A DNA stretch of 64,000 bases, taken from Alphaproteobacteria bacterium CG_4_10_14_0_8_um_filter_37_21. GTDB taxonomy: Bacteria > Pseudomonadota > Alphaproteobacteria > Paracaedibacterales > UBA11393. Every line of letters starts with the position of its first letter. The first letter of the stretch is position 1. The position numbers and the translations under genes are program-made. This document shows positions 61,231-64,000 of the stretch, piece after piece. The stretch is taken from positions 30,456 to 94,455 of the forward strand of contig PFNE01000002.1 in the NCBI GenBank assembly GCA_002791835.1. The letters run 5' to 3'. Under the pieces are notes generated by a model. That model searched no databases. It was not told the origin of the DNA and saw nothing but the letters and a program-made list of their open reading frames with translations.

Positions 61231-62718
61231 ATGGAAATTATTTTTTCACCCACCCCAGAAGAAAAAGGTGTATTGGTTCTTCCGGTATGTTCTAAAAAAA
61301 CATTACCCACATCTTCTGCAATGTATGATACGCAGACCTACGGGCACCTTTCAAAAGCCATGGATGCTGCAAATTTTTCTGGCAAAACTGATGAAGTGCT
61401 ACGGCTATACGCGCCTGCAGGCACGAACTACAGCCAAATTGTATTGGTTGGTATTGGCGATACATCAACGCTTACACTTCAAAAGTTTGAAGAAATCGGC
61501 GGCACTATATTTAAAACAGTACAAAAAGAAACAAGCATCGTTGTTGATTTTTCAGATATTCAAAAAATTAAAAACTTAAAATCTTTTGAATGGAGCGCCC
61601 ATTTAGCGGCTGGACTAGAGCTGAGAAGCTTTAAGTTTTTAAAATATAAAACAAAGAATACACAACATTTAGAATCAAAACTTAAAAATGTCACATTCAA
61701 AATCGCTGAAGATTCCCTAGCACAAGCAATTTTCAGTCAACTTAAAGCTGTGACTGAGGGCGTGTTTTTAACCCGTACACTTGTATCTGAACCGCCAAAT
61801 GTAATTTATCCAGAAAGCATGGGGGATATTGCAAAAACACTATCCAAAATTGGCCTTAAAGTAGAAGTTTATAGCAAGAAAGATGTAGAACGTTTAGGGA
61901 TGGGCGGGCTTGTTGCAGTTGGTCAAGGAAGCGCTAAAGAACCCAAACTAATTGTTATACAATGGATGAACGGCCCAAAAGACCAAAAACCAGTAGCACT
62001 TGTTGGAAAAGGTGTCACGTTTGATACGGGTGGTATATCAATCAAACCAGCTGCAAACATGGAACATATGAAATATGACATGGGTGGATCTGGCGTAGTT
62101 ATTGGCCTTATGAAAACGCTTGCACTTAGAAAAGCAAAAGTTAATGTTGTGGGTGTTATGGCCATGGCAGAAAACATGCCATCAGGAACAGCTTATAAAC
62201 CAGCAGACATTTTAACAACAATGTCAGGCCAAACCATTGAAGTACAAAATACAGACGCTGAAGGTCGATTAATTTTAGCAGATGCATTATGGTATGCTCA
62301 AGATCGTTTTAAGCCACAAGTGATGGTCGATCTTGCTACATTAACAGGGGCCGTTGGTGTGGCTTTGGGTGATCAGCATGCAGGTTTAATGTCTAATAAC
62401 CACGAACTTGCTGCAAAATTATTAAAAGCAGGTGATGATGTAAACGAACCGATGTGGCGCCTACCCTTAACAGAAAACTATGATAAGTGCATGGATTCTG
62501 ACGTTGCTGATATGAAAAATATCAGTGCAGGCGCAGGCGCAGGAACCATTACAGCAGGGCAATTTTTGCAACGTTTTGTGAACGACACACCCTGGGCACA
62601 CATTGATATCGCCTTCATGGCATGGGACAAAAAAGGCAATAAGCCATTATGTGAAAAAGGTGCTACCGGTTATGGCGTGCGCTTACTGAACAAATATATA
62701 AAAGATTCTTTCGAATAA
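61231..62718 (+). CDS. pepA: Leucyl aminopeptidase (M17)
   Basis: 495 aa. VGKGVTFDTGGISIKP and NTDAEGRLILADAL signatures. Confidence 0.93.
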   Translation: MEIIFSPTPEEKGVLVLPVCSKKTLPTSSAMYDTQTYGHLSKAMDAANFSGKTDEVLRLYAPAGTNYSQIVLVGIGDTSTLTLQKFEEIGGTIFKTVQKETSIVVDFSDIQKIKNLKSFEWSAHLAAGLELRSFKFLKYKTKNTQHLESKLKNVTFKIAEDSLAQAIFSQLKAVTEGVFLTRTLVSEPPNVIYPESMGDIAKTLSKIGLKVEVYSKKDVERLGMGGLVAVGQGSAKEPKLIVIQWMNGPKDQKPVALVGKGVTFDTGGISIKPAANMEHMKYDMGGSGVVIGLMKTLALRKAKVNVVGVMAMAENMPSGTAYKPADILTTMSGQTIEVQNTDAEGRLILADALWYAQDRFKPQVMVDLATLTGAVGVALGDQHAGLMSNNHELAAKLLKAGDDVNEPMWRLPLTENYDKCMDSDVADMKNISAGAGAGTITAGQFLQRFVNDTPWAHIDIAFMAWDKKGNKPLCEKGATGYGVRLLNKYIKDSFE

Positions 62719-62807
62719 GGTCTTTTAAAAACAGGATGAGTAGGTGTGTTTTGGTGCCTACTCTCTTGCTTTTTTCCCCAAAAAGATTTAAATTATTTAA
62801 GTATTGA

Positions 62808-62898
62808 GGAGAGGTGGCCGAGTGGTTGAAGGCGCACGATTGGAATTCGTGTATACGGTACCCCCGTATCGAGGGTTCGAATCCCTTTCTCTCCTCCA
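62808..62898 (+). tRNA. tRNA-Ser (GGA)
   Basis: GGAGAGGTGGCCGAGTGGTTGAAGGC...CACGATTGGAATCGTG...long variable arm...GAGGGTTCGAATCCCTTTCTCTCCTCCA. Anticodon loop TTGGAAT. Confidence 0.9.
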
Positions 62899-63339
62899 TT
62901 TTTACTGAAATCTTTTACCAGCACTGCGCTGTTAGTGAAGGCCCCCGTAAAGTTAGAAAACACTATTTATAAAACCGGTCTGCCACCAATAAGTGTCATA
63001 AACTTCAGTTAGATTTTGGATAAATAGGCAAAATAAGATCATACACTTGACATACTTACACCGTCATTAAACAACAGATAGTATGACGCATATTAAGTGT
63101 ATTATTGGTGTTTGAACATGACAATTGCTTTGCACCGTTTTAAAAAGGGCTGCTCATTATAAAAATCAACGAACTTTTTGGTATATATATCAAAAACCCC
63201 TTGCAATAATTTCCTCAGCTGGGGAACACGGTAAGAAAATTTTTAAAGAAGTGGTCTCTGACAAAGTGACAGTAATCTAGCTTAAAAGTCTTGAAAATAA
63301 AAAAATTTATAATTGTGATACGACTCTTGCCAAGAAAAT

Positions 63340-63708
63340 TTGAGGGTTCTATATCTTGGTCATGATGGAAGTATTGTTGTTGATGATACTATTTTTTCAA
63401 ATCTTTCGGCTATTAAAGGCCTCAATACCCTGTTTTTTAAGAACTCACCTTGCTCCCTTATCCTAAAGTTTCCGCCAGACGTAACAAGCATTGGGGATGA
63501 TTTTCTTAGTAGTTGCAGTGGGTTAACAGAACTTGATTTATCACCGCTCTTAAAAATTATATCCATTGGGGCCTATTTTCTTGCTGATTGTGCACATTTA
63601 ACAACAGTTAAAGTAGCACGCGCACAATTATTGTTAAAAGAAAACACAGAGAGTGTAAGGGAAATAAAATGGAGACTTCCTAAACATATTCAAATCATAG
63701 AAGCGTAA
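63340..63708 (+). pseudogene. Short BspA-type leucine-rich-repeat (LRR_5-like) ORF, probably a gene fragment
   Basis: 122 aa with a TTG start. Two to three repeats of the pattern ..S.VTSIGDDFLSSCSGLTELDL.....IISIGAYFLADCAHLTTV. It is much shorter than typical BspA-like proteins and lies just after tRNA-Ser. Confidence 0.45.
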
Positions 63709-63761
63709 ACTTGGGTGATTGGTAGTTGCAGGTGTAATTTGAGATGATCCTTTAAGACTGT

Positions 63762-64000
63762 CTAAACTAAACTACGGCTTCTGATTCTAGCTTCAATATC
63801 ACCCCTGAAATGCCGAACAAGACCTTGAATTGGCCATGCTGCAGCGTCACCTAGGGCGCAAATTGTATGGCCTTCTATTTTTTTTGATACCTCTAATAAA
63901 TGATCTATGTCATCCTCGGATGCTTCACCCAACACAAGACGTTCCATCATACGCCACATCCAGCCAGTACCTTCCCGGCATGGAGAGCATTGACCACAAC
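63762..64000 (-). CDS. nuoF: NADH-quinone oxidoreductase subunit F, C-terminal part (5' end outside window)
   Basis: The C-terminal sequence ...[30 protein letters not shown] is the conserved NuoF 4Fe-4S/C-terminal motif. The ORF stays open to the window edge. Confidence 0.85.
   Translation of the reverse strand, partial: CGQCSPCREGTGWMWRMMERLVLGEASEDDIDHLLEVSKKIEGHTICALGDAAAWPIQGLVRHFRGDIEARIRSRSLV

Noticed and set aside
62663-62899. 78-aa minus-strand ORF (MEERKGFEPSIRGYR...).
   Set aside because: It is the reverse-complement translation of tRNA-Ser plus the pepA 3' end, a classic tRNA-shadow artefact.
1-64000. CRISPR arrays, IS elements/transposases, rRNA operons, retron or DGR reverse transcriptases, and restriction-modification or other known defence-system hallmarks.
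   Set aside because: Reading the intergenic regions showed no spaced direct-repeat arrays. No ORF has DDE/transposase, integrase, RT (YxDD), methyltransferase, TIR/SIR2 or standalone nuclease-ATPase defence motifs.

Overview
This is a 64-kb AT-rich chromosomal segment that looks like a host-associated alphaproteobacterium. The gene content is Rickettsiales/Holosporales-like: thyX, an NDUFA12-like protein, a DUF721/DciA-like protein, a short RNase D-like exonuclease, a BspA-type LRR fragment, and a Caulobacter-style flgF-flgG-flgA-flgH operon behind a sigma-54-type promoter. I call about 60 protein genes, 3 tRNAs (Phe-GAA, Leu-UAG, Ser-GGA) and several clear intrinsic terminators. I saw no rRNA, CRISPR array, IS/transposase or integrase. 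Most of the window is housekeeping: aroK, ABC-F ATPase, thyX, ddl, nusB, accBC, clpX, ftsZ, fumC, nuoGH, kdsD, rpmE, uvrD, tpiA, tig, serS, holC, lon, mltG, msbA, pepA, nuoF. Classical operons (nuo, dcw, tig-clpPX-lon) are scattered. The stand-out region is 16.3-24.7 kb, a compact phage-derived locus on the minus strand. It encodes an HK97-type prohead protease, a major capsid protein, a gp6-like connector, a head-tail adaptor and a DUF3168-like protein. These are followed by unassignable ORFs, an interposed EamA transporter, and a SleB-type lysin plus a 3-TM holin that abut clpX. I found no terminase, portal, tape measure, integrase or regulator, and a strong terminator sits directly against the first capsid-module gene. 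This could be a domesticated GTA-like or capsid-shell system, or half of a split system. Second in interest is an orphan T6SS baseplate pair, tssF-tssG (6.8-9.6 kb), with no other T6SS core genes in 64 kb and a GATase-like lipoprotein downstream. Other items are secreted ORFans, a UXS/membrane-protein/flippase-like/MsbA envelope cluster, orphan terminators that imply unannotated small transcripts, and a structured inverted repeat upstream of nuoG. All assignments come from reading motifs and synteny by eye; no database search was possible.
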